58,568 nt of DNA. Source: Octopus bimaculoides (lineage: Eukaryota). The stretch's first letter is position 1. Each line of letters starts with the position of its first letter. The stretch is from positions 32,871,993-32,930,560 of the forward strand of contig NC_068992.1 of the NCBI RefSeq assembly GCF_001194135.2, written 5' to 3'. This document shows, in pieces, positions 11,701 to 24,533 of the stretch. The notes below the pieces were generated by a model. It saw only the letters and a program-made list of their open reading frames with translations, was not told the origin of the DNA and did not search any database. The position numbers and the translations under genes are program-made.

Positions 11701-12484
11701 AAGTATCTCCAATACTATCTCAAATTAATTACTTGTAGGAACAAGTTTACCGTGTATCATTAGCCAACCATAATATACTACTAAGCATATTCAGTAAAAT
11801 ATAACGCTACCTCATTTCATGCTACCTGCGGGCATTCTGAGATCAATTTTGAGTTATACCCAAGGGTAGCCTGAACTCGATTTCAAAGTATCCCTGCTTT
11901 GTTGTCGTTAGCCCTCTCTGATTTCTCTAGCATGATGTATTCGGACGCTTACAACTGATGATGCTTTTACTGCATTAAACAGGTGTAACATTCAAGATTG
12001 TAAGCACATCTTAAGGTCTAAAAATAACAAAACAAACTGAATTTTTAAACATCCCCTAACATGTGATACGTTTTAAAACTCTTTAAGCATCAAAGATTCT
12101 AAGTTAACATATTTTTTAAATAAAACACTGGAATTATTTTTAAGGAGAAAGTGATTTGGATTGATACAAATGCACTTTAAATGTAAATATACACAAAGCA
12201 ACATATAGTCATACACTTTAAATGCAAAAGAAATATATTTATTATACAAAACAAAAAATATCAATACATTTTAAATGCGAACATGTTTCTATATGAAAAA
12301 TGAAATATATTTCTACACTTTCCATGCAAACTGTAAGTATTTAGAGAAAAACAAACGTGTAACTAACGCATACACACAGAGAAAAAACACGTACACATGC
12401 ATTAATAATCTGGCCCTTTATCATCTTTGCGAGAAACCGCATAAGTTTTATTGACGGTATTTATAATAAAAGTATGTTTTCCAT

Positions 12485-12881
12485 TATAAGCACAAGGCCT
12501 GAAATTTTGGGGTAGAGATAGACGATTAAATTAGTTTTAGTGTTCGTCTGATACTTTTTCAACGACCCTGAAAGGAATGAAAATCAAAGGTGATCACGGG
12601 AGAATTTGAACTTAGAACATAAAGACAGACGAAATGCTGCTTATGCAATTTGACTCGCAGGCTCACGACTCTCTTTTATACTCCAGGCACAAGGCTCGAT
12701 ATTTTGTGGGGAGAGGGCCAGTCGATTAGATCGACCCCAGTATGCAACTGGTAATTAATTTATCGACCCCCCAAAAGGATGAAAGGCAAAGTCGGTGGAA
12801 TTTTAACTCAGAACGTAACGACAGACGAAATATTGCTAAGCATTTCGCCCGGCGTGCTAACGATTCTTCCGGCTCACCGCC
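12485..12881 (-). mobile_element. Two tandem SINE B copies (12485-12672 and 12685-12881)
   Basis: Both show head, central domain and GCCTTGTGC 3' end on the minus strand. Confidence 0.85.
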
Positions 12882-15155
12882 TTAATAATGATAGTAGTAA
12901 TAAAAATAATAGGTCATTACCTTGCCACCTGGATGACGATCATTTGGTTAAAGAGGATTTTATGGGATTAGTTATACTGAAATCACAGATAGAAGGATGA
13001 AACTAGTTTCAAATTAATCCTGGTTTTATAATTTGAAGTCGATTTCGTCCTATTCCCCAGCAATTTGAACGTGATGTCAAGGCTAGCTGAATGGGGTTAA
13101 TTTGAAATTTCTACACCGGGGCTATCGTAAAAGGCAGTTGCCCAAGGTGCTGTGCAGTGGGATTAACCCCAAAACCACATGGTTGGGAAGTGGGCTTCTT
13201 AATCTCACAGCAATGTATATACATGTATGTATAAAGGCATCACACAAAAATAATTGAAAACAAAAGCCTGACTGATGGTATGCATGCAGAACAGGTTAAC
13301 CACCTCCTGGACACAGAAATAGCACCTGGCTAATCACTGATGTATGTGTGTGTGTGTGTTTATCTATGTGTGAATGCATGCATATTCTTGTAGTTGTAGG
13401 TATAGATGTAGATAAATATAAATATATTTATGTGCGTTTATGTTATAATGGATTCATATATTTATGCGTATGTGTGTATGCATGTGTGAGTGCGTGTGTG
13501 TGGTGTGTATGTGTCACGGACTGATTTGTTCTGATATTGATTTATCGACACTGAGTAGCTGTGTTATTGATTTATCTACACTTCATGGGGTTTTATTGAT
13601 TAATCGCTTAATAGCTAGATTTGCTATTAATTTATTACTGAGCTAGTAGTTGTCTCATTTATTAATCATTTAAAGTGTCTTATTAATTTATTAGCTCATA
13701 GTTATTGAGTTCAATTTTATTTCTAATGTTTATTGGAGTCTTTGTCTTTAACCCCAGGTCAGTTCTCACTTTGATGACTTATTTCAGATGTTATGAATCT
13801 TCTATCGTCTCAGTCAAATGCAGTGTTCTACTGTATTATTATGTATGTCTTTCCTGTTTAAATGCAGAAAATTATGATTTAAGAATAATTTGGTTCGTAT
13901 TGCTTCGTTTTTTTTTCTCGTAGACTGTGTGTTATTTTTAGCGTTGGTATCATAGATGTTTAACTTCATATCAGCGTTGATATATTTTCATCGTGGTATT
14001 CACATCTTTGTAGGGCCATGTTGGACCGCATAATTTATTCGATTTTTTTCTCAATTAATCGAGACTGAGTTTCGGTTGCTATTTCTAGCTGATAAAAATC
14101 TCATATAGAGGCTCAGTGGATGGTTCCATAAAAATAGGTACTGGATGATCTGGTACCTGTATTGAAATTTAGAACCTTTTCTGTTTTCAGTTCTTTCAAT
14201 TTTGTTCCACTTGTTTTCAAATTTGGTGAATTGATGTAACTGTGTATGCTAATTATGGAAATGATTTTTTTTTCCTGCCACGAAGTAAAAAATAAAAAAA
14301 ATTATGGGTTTTGAAGTTTGGAAACTTTGGGTTACTTTAGCCAATCAAAAATCCACAGATATATTGGTGCCTCTTTCCATAGAAAAAGCCATTGCATAGT
14401 CTGCTTAAAAATCCAAGCACGGGTATTATCTTTACCCGTATGTTTTCTTTTAGAAGTGCCTATTTCCTAAACGTTTGCACTACCTCATTTTTGTCATTTT
14501 CCCCTTTTTTTATTTTTCAGAAATGGATATTTAGGGTTGCTGTCCTGTCACTACCGCGTTTTCATAAATTTGAACTGTCGGCTTTCCTGGACTTTTTCAT
14601 ATCTCTGCAAATTTATGTGGTGCAGGAGATACGAAAATTGTAATTTCTTTGAACAACTTCTTGAGCGTCTCTCAAACTTTCGTTTTTAAATTTTCGTTAC
14701 GAAAAATGTATTGTTTCCATTAATTGAACTATTGAACTACAGTTTGTTCATTTGTAATTAAACGTTTAGTTTCTTTATCGCAATTTAACGTTCAGTTTCT
14801 TTTTTTGTAATTTTTCCAGAAAAAATTTCATTGACCACAATTTTTTTCTTTGATATTGTACACATGCCTAGACCAAGCTTTTCACATGATTTTGTTCATT
14901 AACTCTTATTAAAGTTTCGTCGTCGTAATGCTTTGTCTGTTGTTGTCATAGACAGCTATCACGCACTAAATGCCAGCTTCCAAATCCTGTTTTTTGGTTA
15001 TGTAAAAATAATTAAACTTTAAACTTCTGTAACATTTTTCTAAAATTCTAATGGGACAAGTGAATAATAAAATTAGACTCAGTCTGAAAACTTATATCAA
15101 TATGCCAAATTTGAAATTTTTCATTTATTTTTTGTTGTATCCTCCGTCTCCAATC

Positions 15156-15396
15156 TGTGCCAGTGTAGTAACAGTAAACAAGATAACGATGCAGTCGTAG
15201 TAACAAAATAAAGATCCAATAATTTCTTCATAAACCAACAATCAATATTCCAAACGAACTAACCAGCCGACACCTTCCGACTTCACTGTGAATTCAACTC
15301 GAACTAACAGACAAACTTCACTCCGACTACTAGTATTTATAACCACTCAGTCCAATCTTTTTCTCGCTAGGAATCGTCGTGACTCGCATCACAACG
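15156..15396 (-). repeat. 3' LTR of the Mag element
   Basis: Direct repeat of 18044-18316, roughly 80% identical by eye. Confidence 0.9.
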
Positions 15397-18043
15397 TCCC
15401 CACTTTTGAGATTTCGACTTCTGTAAGAAGTGAAATTTATTTTATTTTTCATTTTTCAGCACCTCTCCCTATCTTTTTTTGTTTTTTTAAGAAAATGTAA
15501 TCTTTTTCGTTTTGGCATTATTTCTTAGTGTACAGTCTTTTGTTTTTTTCTACTGGTGCTTCTACGACGATCAATCGCTTTTGGTGCTGGCACCTCAAAC
15601 ATGTCATAGCATGTTTCCATTGGGATTTCTTTCCGTTTTTCAGTGTTTCGTCTTTAATTGGTCTTGACGTGTCTTATGTTTCCTACGTAGTTTTTTAAAT
15701 CACATACATCATATTTCCAAATATTTTAGTTAAAAAATCATCCTCCCAGCCGTCTTTACCATTTACACAATTTTTTAAATGAACTTCATCTACTTCGAAA
15801 TGTTTTGTTGCTTCCTTTGTATTCGTTTAAACAGAGTTTTTTTTCCCAGGCAATAATTTGTTGAGAATCGATTTTATTTTCGCGCGAACATTAACTTTGC
15901 TGGAGACTTTCCGGAACTGGTATTTGAATTGGACGTTACTCTATATTCGAATTGGACGTTACCCTCAAGAAATTCGTTAGCACTTTGTCATTTCCTGCGT
16001 CATTCTTTGTTTTTTTTAACGTTCGCTTGAAAGTATCTACGAATCTTTCTAATTGCCCGTTTGACCTCAGGTGGTAAAGCTGGATAACAATATACTTTAT
16101 CGCGTGTATTTTTTTACAGAAATCCTTGAATTCATTATTGGTAAACTATGTTCCATTATCTGATACGAACGTGTCTAGAACAGCATATCGGGAAGATAAT
16201 TAATACAGAAACTGTATTGTTCTTTGTGGTTGCTTTATTGCACCTGCACTTTGGCCACTTTGTACCACTATCAACAATGCTTAGACAATATGCACCATTC
16301 ACCGGTCCAGTGTAGTCGATATGTACCCTGGACCACGAACTATCCGTCTCAAGCCACGATTGGTATTTCACCGGTGGTACTTTGGCTGCTAATGCACAAC
16401 CTTTACATGATTTTACACAATTTTCAATGTCTTTGTCTATTGTCGACCAATTCTCGACATTCCCGGGTATCTTATGGGGAAATCCTGCAATCCTCGTCTC
16501 TGTAGTGCAGTACGTACTACCACTTTTTGCACGTAAATTAAAACACCGTCGCATTGTAAAAAAATATTCGAATTTGTATTTTTATTTTGCTTATTTTTCA
16601 ACATTTCTTTCATTCTTGTAATGTGGATTTCCTTTTTATATCATGCACTGTCACTAGCAGTTCAGGAATAACATTACAGTTCTTTTCATTGGTGGGGCAT
16701 CCATTTAAATTTTTACAGTACTGGCTTATTAGGAGATCCCGTAAGTCAAATAACTCCAACCAGTCGATAACAGACAGATTGGTTTACGATGAAAACTTTC
16801 GCCTTGCAAGTTTTTCCTCGATATGTGACATCATTCCACATTTCGGCTACAAAGTTTAGTTTGTCACCCGTCACGCTACGTGCAGTTGTCGTTGTTTTTC
16901 TTAACATAGGTTTCCTTGTTTTCTTCCACATGTTGGTGCTGACTGAACTGTTACTATCAGTATCCAGTTGAAATTTAATATTTACTCCGTTTACTTTTAC
17001 GTGTAGAAATTTTCTTAGTTGGGAGTCATTTTACATTCTGCTGAGAGCACTTTAGAATTTTTTACATCTGACCTTCGTACTTTTGATCTGCAGTATGAAC
17101 TCTTGTGTTCAAATTTTTGATAACTGTAGCATTTTTGGTTTTTAAAAGGACCTATCTATCTTTTCTGAAATGTAGGCCTCTACATCCGTAACATGGATTA
17201 GGACCTAGCAAACTTCTTTGGTTATACTTTCTCGGTCGACATATCTGTATTTTTGCGAAATCCTTTTCTTGGAGTTTTCTTATGTCGTGTTTTAGGTCCA
17301 AAATCCTTTGACGCTCTTCTGCAACAGACTACAGGGTTAAACCTTGGTTCGCTTCTTCATGTTTTGAAAGAATTCTTGCCCATATTTCTGCATCTTCATT
17401 TGCTGTAAGGCCTTGTACATAAATGAGGCACTTAAACATTTCAGGAGATCTCATTCTGTTGACTGTTCCTGCATACGTAATAAAGTTATTCTCTTTTTAG
17501 TTAAGTTTCAACACTCCATTCCAGTGTTAAATCGAGATTTTTTATCAACGAACATATTAAACAGAAATTTAATTGCTTCCTGAAAGCACATTTCACTAGA
17601 CGTTTTAGGCAATTTGAAATTACGATATCGTTCATGGTTAGACGGAGCTAATTTACGTAAAAATAACCTTACTTTTTTCTCCTTCCGGCCATGTTTTGCA
17701 ATCTTCCTTAAAACTCTCCTCGTACCGTCTGTAGTACGCTGCAAAAGTTATACCCTTCTCTGGGTTATAGCCAAAATCAGTTATGGAGTTCGATACGTTA
17801 TCTGGCGAAAACGAACCTACCTAATTTTCGGACTTCTTTGTGTTTGCTCCAATAATTATTGTTGTATTTGTTGTTGTACTACTGGCTTCCGCAACTCCAG
17901 ATACTATTCTTGCTGTTGCTTTGGCAACTGTATTATAGAAGATGATAGGTCTTCCATCATTTAACAATCACGAACAAATTCTTAAACAACCTGCGTACGT
18001 TTCGAAACCCTCATCAACAGATGTTGCATCCTTCGTCTCCATA

Positions 18044-18316
18044 TGTGTTACCGCCACGATATGGTGACGGACGGTTTAGATACACTTTAACAGTGTAGTA
18101 ACAGTAAACAAGATAACGATTTAGCCGTAATAGCAACAATAATCTCTTCATGAACCACCAATCAGTATTCCAAGCGAACTAACCAACTGATACCTTCCGA
18201 CTTCACTGCGAACTCAACTCGAACCAATACACAAACTTCAGTCCGACTGCTACTATTTATAATCGCTTGGTCTAGTCTATTTCTCGCAAGGGGGCGTCGT
18301 GGCTCTCATCACGACA
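18044..18316 (-). repeat. 5' LTR of the Mag element, with about 42 bp inserted at 18049-18090
   Basis: Begins TGTCGTG on the minus strand. Followed by a PBS-like TGGAGACGAAGGATG (18027-18041) resembling the complement of the tRNA-Ser(GCU) 3' end (TGGCGACGAGGATG). Confidence 0.85.
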
Positions 18317-19074
18317 ATTTTAAAATTTCATAAAATGTAAGCAAATCAGAAAAGATCTTAAATTTATTTGAGAAACAGTCTGCACTGCTGAAAGGAGTTC
18401 TCATTTTCCTTTAATGCCTTGGAATTAGAGAAAATCGGCCGCTCTTTTACTGCTCCATATTCCCCATGGACATCATTGATATACATGTATATATATATAT
18501 ATAATTTTTTAAGTTACAGAACATGAAACTTATTTTTATCATTTGCAGAATTTTGCATGACACATCAGTACCCTATGCAATTATTCCTAGTAATTTCACA
18601 CATACTTGCGCATTTGTCTTTTTCTAGAAATTCTTTGATATACGCTATAAAGAATTCTGTACTGTTTTCATGCAGTAGTCTTCTCCAGTTTCGTAGTTTT
18701 GATTCGCATTGTCTCAATATTTACTGTCACGAAAATTTCCAGTGCTTTCTTCCAGATGTTGTTCGCGCGTTTTCTTTCACCCAACATAAGCTGATGACTT
18801 ACAATACTAGTATCATGTTTAATTTCATCTTGGCTTCTGAATGTTCTGAAAGTGAAAGCTGGTGTAAGTTCATTGAAATATTGAAGAATTGGTTGTCACT
18901 GTTGAGATAAATCACAAAATGTAGAAGTACTAATGAGATTAGAGCGCTGTCCACAGTAAAAGGAAAAGATTTTAGAGACTTCAATGACTGGGAATATTCT
19001 AAAGATATGCTTCCATTCAATACAAATATTAACATCATCCAAGAGTTAATTCGTTTGTCTAATATAACTTTTGA

Positions 19075-19154
19075 AATACATACATACGTACATACATACA
19101 CACTCACACATACATATAGATACACATACATACATACATACACACATACATACA

Positions 19155-19186
<32 letters not shown>

Positions 19187-19262
19187 AGTATATACATATG
19201 TGTTTGTGTGCGTATATATGTATGTATGAGGGGTGTATGTATGTGTGTGTGTATTTGTGTGT
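19075..19262. repeat. (TACA)n/(TG)n compound microsatellite
   Basis: Directly visible. Confidence 0.95.
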
Positions 19263-19528
19263 ATCAAAATCGTAATCACTAAAGCTGAAATAGGGTAGTG
19301 ATTCCTCACTGATGCATATATGTATGTCTGGCATTGAATGTGTTATGTCTGTGTATAAGTACTTTGTACACATTGTGTTTTCACAACATGTATTCATTTA
19401 TGTACCTTTCATAAGCATTTTATGTATCACTGCATTTATTATATAAGTTCGTATTTAATTCAGCATTTCTTTACGAGCATAACTGTACGGTTGCCAAGTG
19501 TTACATGTGCAAACTGATTGCAATGGTG

Positions 19529-19683
19529 CAGGTGCAACTCTGTGATAAGAAGTTTACTTCCGAGCCACATGGTTTCGTGTTCAGTCCCATTGCGTGGCAC
19601 ATTAGGCAAGTGTTTCCTACTATAGCCTCGAGGCGACCAAAGCCACGAGGGTAGACTTGGTAGACGAAAAATTAAAAAAAGCC

Positions 19684-19685
<2 letters not shown>
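19529..19685 (+). mobile_element. SINE family A copy ending in (TG)n
   Basis: CCACATGGTTTCGTGTTCAGTCCCATTGCGTGGCACATTAGGCAAGTG...TAGACGAAAA. Confidence 0.85.
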
Positions 19686-19739
<54 letters not shown>

Positions 19740-20660
19740 NNNNNNNNNNNNNNNNNNNNNNNNNNNNNNNNNNNNNNNNNNNNNNNNNNNNNNNNNNNNN
19801 NNNNNNNNNNNNNNNNNNNNNNNNNNNNNNNNNNNNNNNNNNNNNNNNNNNNNNNNNNNNNNNNNNNNNNNNNNNNNNNNNNNNNNNNNNNNNNNNNNNN
19901 NNNNNNNNNNNNNNNNNNNNNNNNNNNNNNNNNNNNNNNNNNNNNNNNNNNNNNNNNNNNNNNNNNNNNNNNNNNNNNNNNNNNNNNNNNNNNNNNNNNN
20001 NNNNNNNNNNNNNNNNNNNNNNNNNNNNNNNNNNNNNNNNNNNNNNNNNNNNNNNNNNNNNNNNNNNNNNNNNNNNNNNNNNNNNNNNNNNNNNNNNNNN
20101 NNNNNNNNNNNNNNNNNNNNNNNNNNNNNNNNNNNNNNNNNNNNNNNNNNNNNNNNNNNNNNNNNNNNNNNNNNNNNNNNNNNNNNNNNNNNNNNNNNNN
20201 NNNNNNNNNNNNNNNNNNNNNNNNNNNNNNNNNNNNNNNNNNNNNNNNNNNNNNNNNNNNNNNNNNNNNNNNNNNNNNNNNNNNNNNNNNNNNNNNNNNN
20301 NNNNNNNNNNNNNNNNNNNNNNNNNNNNNNNNNNNNNNNNNNNNNNNNNNNNNNNNNNNNNNNNNNNNNNNNNNNNNNNNNNNNNNNNNNNNNNNNNNNN
20401 NNNNNNNNNNNNNNNNNNNNNNNNNNNNNNNNNNNNNNNNNNNNNNNNNNNNNNNNNNNNNNNNNNNNNNNNNNNNNNNNNNNNNNNNNNNNNNNNNNNN
20501 NNNNNNNNNTATTTCTTCTATCTTAATGAATAAAAATTCTTCGGATAGAATAAATGGGTTAATAAAAACCAATGTAGCAAAGAACACAAAATAACTGTGG
20601 TGTAGTTCCTGTTTTTGAGGCAGAAACTCCTTGAAATTTTCGGTATTTGAGTATATTTAA

Positions 20661-20960
20661 AAATTTAAGGAATGGAGAAAACGCATGTTATAATTGCATA
20701 CTTTATTCCTACATATGTTTCAAAGGATTACAACCTATGTGATCCATAGGAATCTGTGATGTTTATATATATACATACATATGTGTATATATGTATACTT
20801 GTGTGGGTGTGTGTACGTATGTTTGCAAGTATATATGTGTGTATATGTGTACATATCTATGTATATGTATATATATATAAATGTGTATGTATTTGTATAA
20901 ATCCATATGTATGCGTGATTAGGTTCTGTATGTGTGTACACATATCTGTATGTGTGTGTA

Positions 20961-21011
<51 letters not shown>

Positions 21012-21328
21012 ATATGTATGTATGTATATATGAAAACATTTGAGTTCTTTTTCTTATGTATATATATGTATTTGTATGTATGTATGTATGTATGTGCATG
21101 CGTGTGTTTACGTATGTGTTTGTATACATGTATGTATATGTATATGCGTATCTGTTTATTTGGTTATAGGCGTAGATGTATATGTATGTGTATGTGTATG
21201 TGTCTATTTCTATTTATACATATAAATATATGTATATATGTGTGTATGGGGACATGCATACATATGTGTATATTTGTATATGCGTAGGTACGTATGTGCA
21301 TATGTGTAAATGTGGGCGTATCTGTGTA

Positions 21329-21370
<42 letters not shown>

Positions 21371-21777
21371 TATGTATATATATATATATATATATACACA
21401 TATATATGTATATATATATATATATATATGTGTGTATATATATGTATATGTGTGTGTATATATATATATATGTATTTATGTATGCATGTGATGTATATAC
21501 ATTTATATGTATGTGTTGTCCAACCCACTATCCGGTAGCGTCCAATTCTCTAACGGTTTTTTTTTCAAATGAATCACGTCATAACCTTATCCATCTATTG
21601 TTTTCATACTTGGTCATAATGTCTTACGTTTAAGATGATTCCCATGCATTCCCTCAAGAGAAGGTTACAATTTTAACATCACAGATTCCTATAGATCACA
21701 TAGGTTGTAATCCTTTGAAACATATGTAGGAATAAAGTATGCAATTATAACATGCGTTTTCTCCATTCCTTAAATTT
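20661..21777 (+). mobile_element. PLE-type 3' fragment (about 21500-21777) with an inverted 103-bp copy of its 3' end (20661-20763) and a microsatellite spacer
   Basis: 20661-20763 is the reverse complement of 21675-21777 with one mismatch. HHR at 21648-21733 overlaps AATAAA. A third copy lies at 58095-58370 on the minus strand. Confidence 0.8.
21648..21733 (+). ncRNA. Type I hammerhead with extended stem II and a G5C core variant
   Basis: ATTCC-CTCAAGA-GAAGGTTACAA(34 nt)TTGTAATCCTTT-GAAA-CATATG-T-A-GGAAT. Perfect 5-bp stem I, palindrome ACATATGT. Confidence 0.7.
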
Positions 21778-22809
21778 ATATATATAGTCTGTTAAAGTCT
21801 GTAATACCGGCCATGACGAAGAGAAATAGCCCTGAAACTCGAGTCGCCTTTATATATTTATATTTATATTTATATATTTGATCCTTTATATTGAACACTC
21901 AATATTTCATCTACATTCAATACTTTATTTCATGGTGCCATCCATTTTTATTTTATTTTATTTTATATTATATATTGTATATTATATTATATATTGTATA
22001 TTCCATATTCTATACCCCACATTGGTTCTGCAGGAATATAAATAAAACATAAAAAACAGACAGTGTTGGGACTCTTTTANNNNNNNNNNNNNNNNNNNNN
22101 NNNNNNNNNNNNNNNNNNNNNNNNNNNNNNNNNNNNNNNNNNNNNNNNNNNNNNNNNNNNNNNNNNNNNNNNNNNNNNNNNNNNNNNNNNNNNNNNNNNN
22201 NNNNNNNNNNNNNNNNNNNNNNNNNNNNNNNNNNNNNNNNNNNNNNNNNNNNNNNNNNNNNNNNNNNNNNNNNNNNNNNNNNNNNNNNNNNNNNNNNNNN
22301 NNNNNNNNNNNNNNNNNNNNNNNNNNNNNNNNNNNNNNNNNNNNNNNNNNNNNNNNNNNNNNNNNNNNNNNNNNNNNNNNNNNNNNNNNNNNNNNNNNNN
22401 NNNNNNNNNNNNNNNNNNNNNNNNNNNNNNNNNNNNNNNNNNNNNNNNNNNNNNNNNNNNNNNNNNNNNNNNNNNNNNNNNNNNNNNNNNNNNNNNNNNN
22501 NNNNNNNNNNNNNNNNNNNNNNNNNNNNNNNNNNNNNNNNNNNNNNNNNNNNNNNNNNNNNNNNNNNNNNNNNNNNNNNNNNNNNNNNNNNNNNNNNNNN
22601 NNNNNNNNNNNNNNNNNNNNNNNNNNNNNNNNNNNNNNNNNNNNNNNNNNNNNNNNNNNNNNNNNNNNNNNNNNNNNNNNNNNNNNNNNNNNNNNNNNNN
22701 NNNNNNNNNNNNNNNNNNNNNNNNNNNNNNNNNNNNNNNNNNNNNNNNNNNNNNNNNNNNNNNNNNNNNNNNNNNNNNNNNNNNNNNNNNNNNNNNNNNN
22801 NNNNNNNNN

Positions 22810-24351
22810 ACCACCTGATAGGATTATCAAAATCCTTTTTTCAGTCAAGTTTGGTCCATGGTCCATTCAAGTAGTGAGTTCTTATTGAGTGAGTTGTATC
22901 CAGGTATGGGTGGCTTGTCTGGTATTCTTTGAAGAAAGCTGTCTAGACTCCGTTTAAAGCTGATTGGATCCTTTTCCTCTTTTATCTGTTTCGGGACAAC
23001 GTTAAACAGAGCAGGGCCCGTTGAGGAAAAGAAATTATGCTGCAATGTAGCTATACGTTGTGATTCTGAATTGGGCAGGGGTCGTATGGTCGTGGTCCTA
23101 GCCTTGGATGAACCTTGAAACTAATGTTCAGGTCGTTTGGGTAATGCTGGCGGTATATTTTTCACATCGTACAAATGATGTACCGCTCGCGGCGGAGCTG
23201 GAGAGAGTAGAGCTTCAATGCTTTAAGGCGGTCCCAGTAATAAAGATCTGTCATGCCTTCAATTCGTTTGGTGAATGCCCTCTGGGGTAATTCAATCCTT
23301 GAGATGTTTTGTTTTGTGTGGGGAGACCACAAGAGGCAGCAGTATTCGAGGTGTGGCCGTACAAATGAGGAGAAAAGTGGAATGATGACACCTTGTTCTC
23401 TGGACCGGAAGGTTCTTAAGATCCAGGAGCTCAACCTTCGAGCTATGTTGACCTTATTGTTGATGTGGGCACTCCAATTGAGATTGTTGTCAACAATTAC
23501 ACCTATATCTCTGATATTGTTGGATGCCGTGAGCGGTTCCCCTGAAGGAAGGGAGTATGGCTGTTTTAGTGTGGACTTTCTTCAGCTCAAATTTTCCCTA
23601 GTTCAGTTTCATTTTGTTTTTATCTGCCCATTGACTCACAGCATATAGATCAGTCTGGAGTTGGGTTCGGTCTTCTTCTTCTTTGATGATTTGCTGGAGC
23701 TTAGTGTCATCAGCAAATATTTTCACTTTGCAGTGATTTACGACGCTGGAAAGGTCAGTTATACAAATTATAAAGAAGAGCGGACTCAAGATAGTCCCTT
23801 GAGGGACACCACTGGTGACTCTTGCTGGGCTTGAGTGGACTCCATCGACCACAACTTCTTCTGTTCTATACTCCAGGAAATACTTAACCCATTGTAGAAG
23901 TTTTCCACGGATTCCAACATTTGCCAATTTTGTGAATAAGATATTATGGTCAACCCTGTCGAACGCTTTACGGAAGTCAAGATATATGACATCAGCATTC
24001 GAACCCGTTCCCAAGGCTTTAAATGTATCTTCAATGTGGTGTAAGAGCTGTGTTAGACAGTCCCTTCCACAGCGAAAGCCATGCTGGTTTGCATTTAGGA
24101 GTTTTTGGGTCTCCAGGAAGTCAGCAATCCTTGATCTTACCACCCTTTCAAACACTTTAATGATGTGTGAGTTGAGTGAGGTTGGGCGATAGTTGACTGC
24201 GAGGGATCTATTTCCCGGTTTGAAAACCGGGATGACAGACTGGGATAGGAGCTGTTTCGGTATATAACCTGAGTCTAAAGAATTTCTCCAGAGGTTGGTC
24301 AGAGGGACTGCAAGTTGGTGTCTACGTTCCTTCAGGAGACTTGCGGAGAAT
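22810..24351 (-). mobile_element. CR1-clade LINE, 5' truncated, RT well preserved
   Basis: ORF 23598-24377: NYRPTSL, NQHGFR, DVIYLDFRKAFDRVDH, SGVPQGTILSP, FADDTK. Downstream frames give FVRPHLEYCCLLWSP and YSLQLRRERY. The 3' end runs into a gap. Confidence 0.92.
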
Positions 24352-24419
24352 CTATACACATATGCACACACATACATTTATATGTGTGTGTGCGTGTGTG
24401 AGAGTGTGTCTTTGTGTCT

Positions 24420-24533
24420 GCGTGTGTCTCTTACTAACGCTTGACAACCGTTGTTAGTGTGTTTACGTCCCCACAACCTAGCAGTTCGGCAAAAGAGACT
24501 AATAGAATAGGTCCCTGATTTTAAAAGTAAGTA
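24420..24533 (+). mobile_element. SINE-like family C fragment; second copy at 31615-31800
   Basis: Shared GCTTGACAACCG..GTTTACGTCCCC..AAC(C/T)TAGC(A/G)GTT..AAAGA..AGAATA motif. Confidence 0.65.

Larger units (their letters stand above)
15156..18316 (-). mobile_element. Ty3/Gypsy (Mag-type) LTR retrotransposon, internally deleted, most of RT and all of RNase H missing
   Basis: Gag (NPEKGITFAAYYRRYEESFKEDCKTW; KVRLFLRKL; CYGCRGLH knuckle at about 17200), protease KFQLDTDS at about 16960, integrase CKGC..WSRVHIDYTGP..IVDSGTKWP (16156-16554) and RSNGQLERFVDTFKR at about 16050, PPT AAAAGTGGGGA at 15397-15407. Confidence 0.9.

Noticed and set aside
14140-15120. Coding-like AT-rich segment, possibly a DNA transposon remnant
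   Set aside because: No recognisable transposase motif or convincing TIR pair.
17991-18020. Minus-strand TTGATGAGGGTTTCGAAACGTACG in the Mag leader, hammerhead-like
   Set aside because: C3 is missing, stem II is not viable and there is no UH cleavage site.
18595-18715. Minus-strand reading ILRQCESKLRNWRRLLHENSTEFFIAYIKEFLEKDKCA followed by GTATGT
   Set aside because: No good in-frame acceptor and no recognisable homology.
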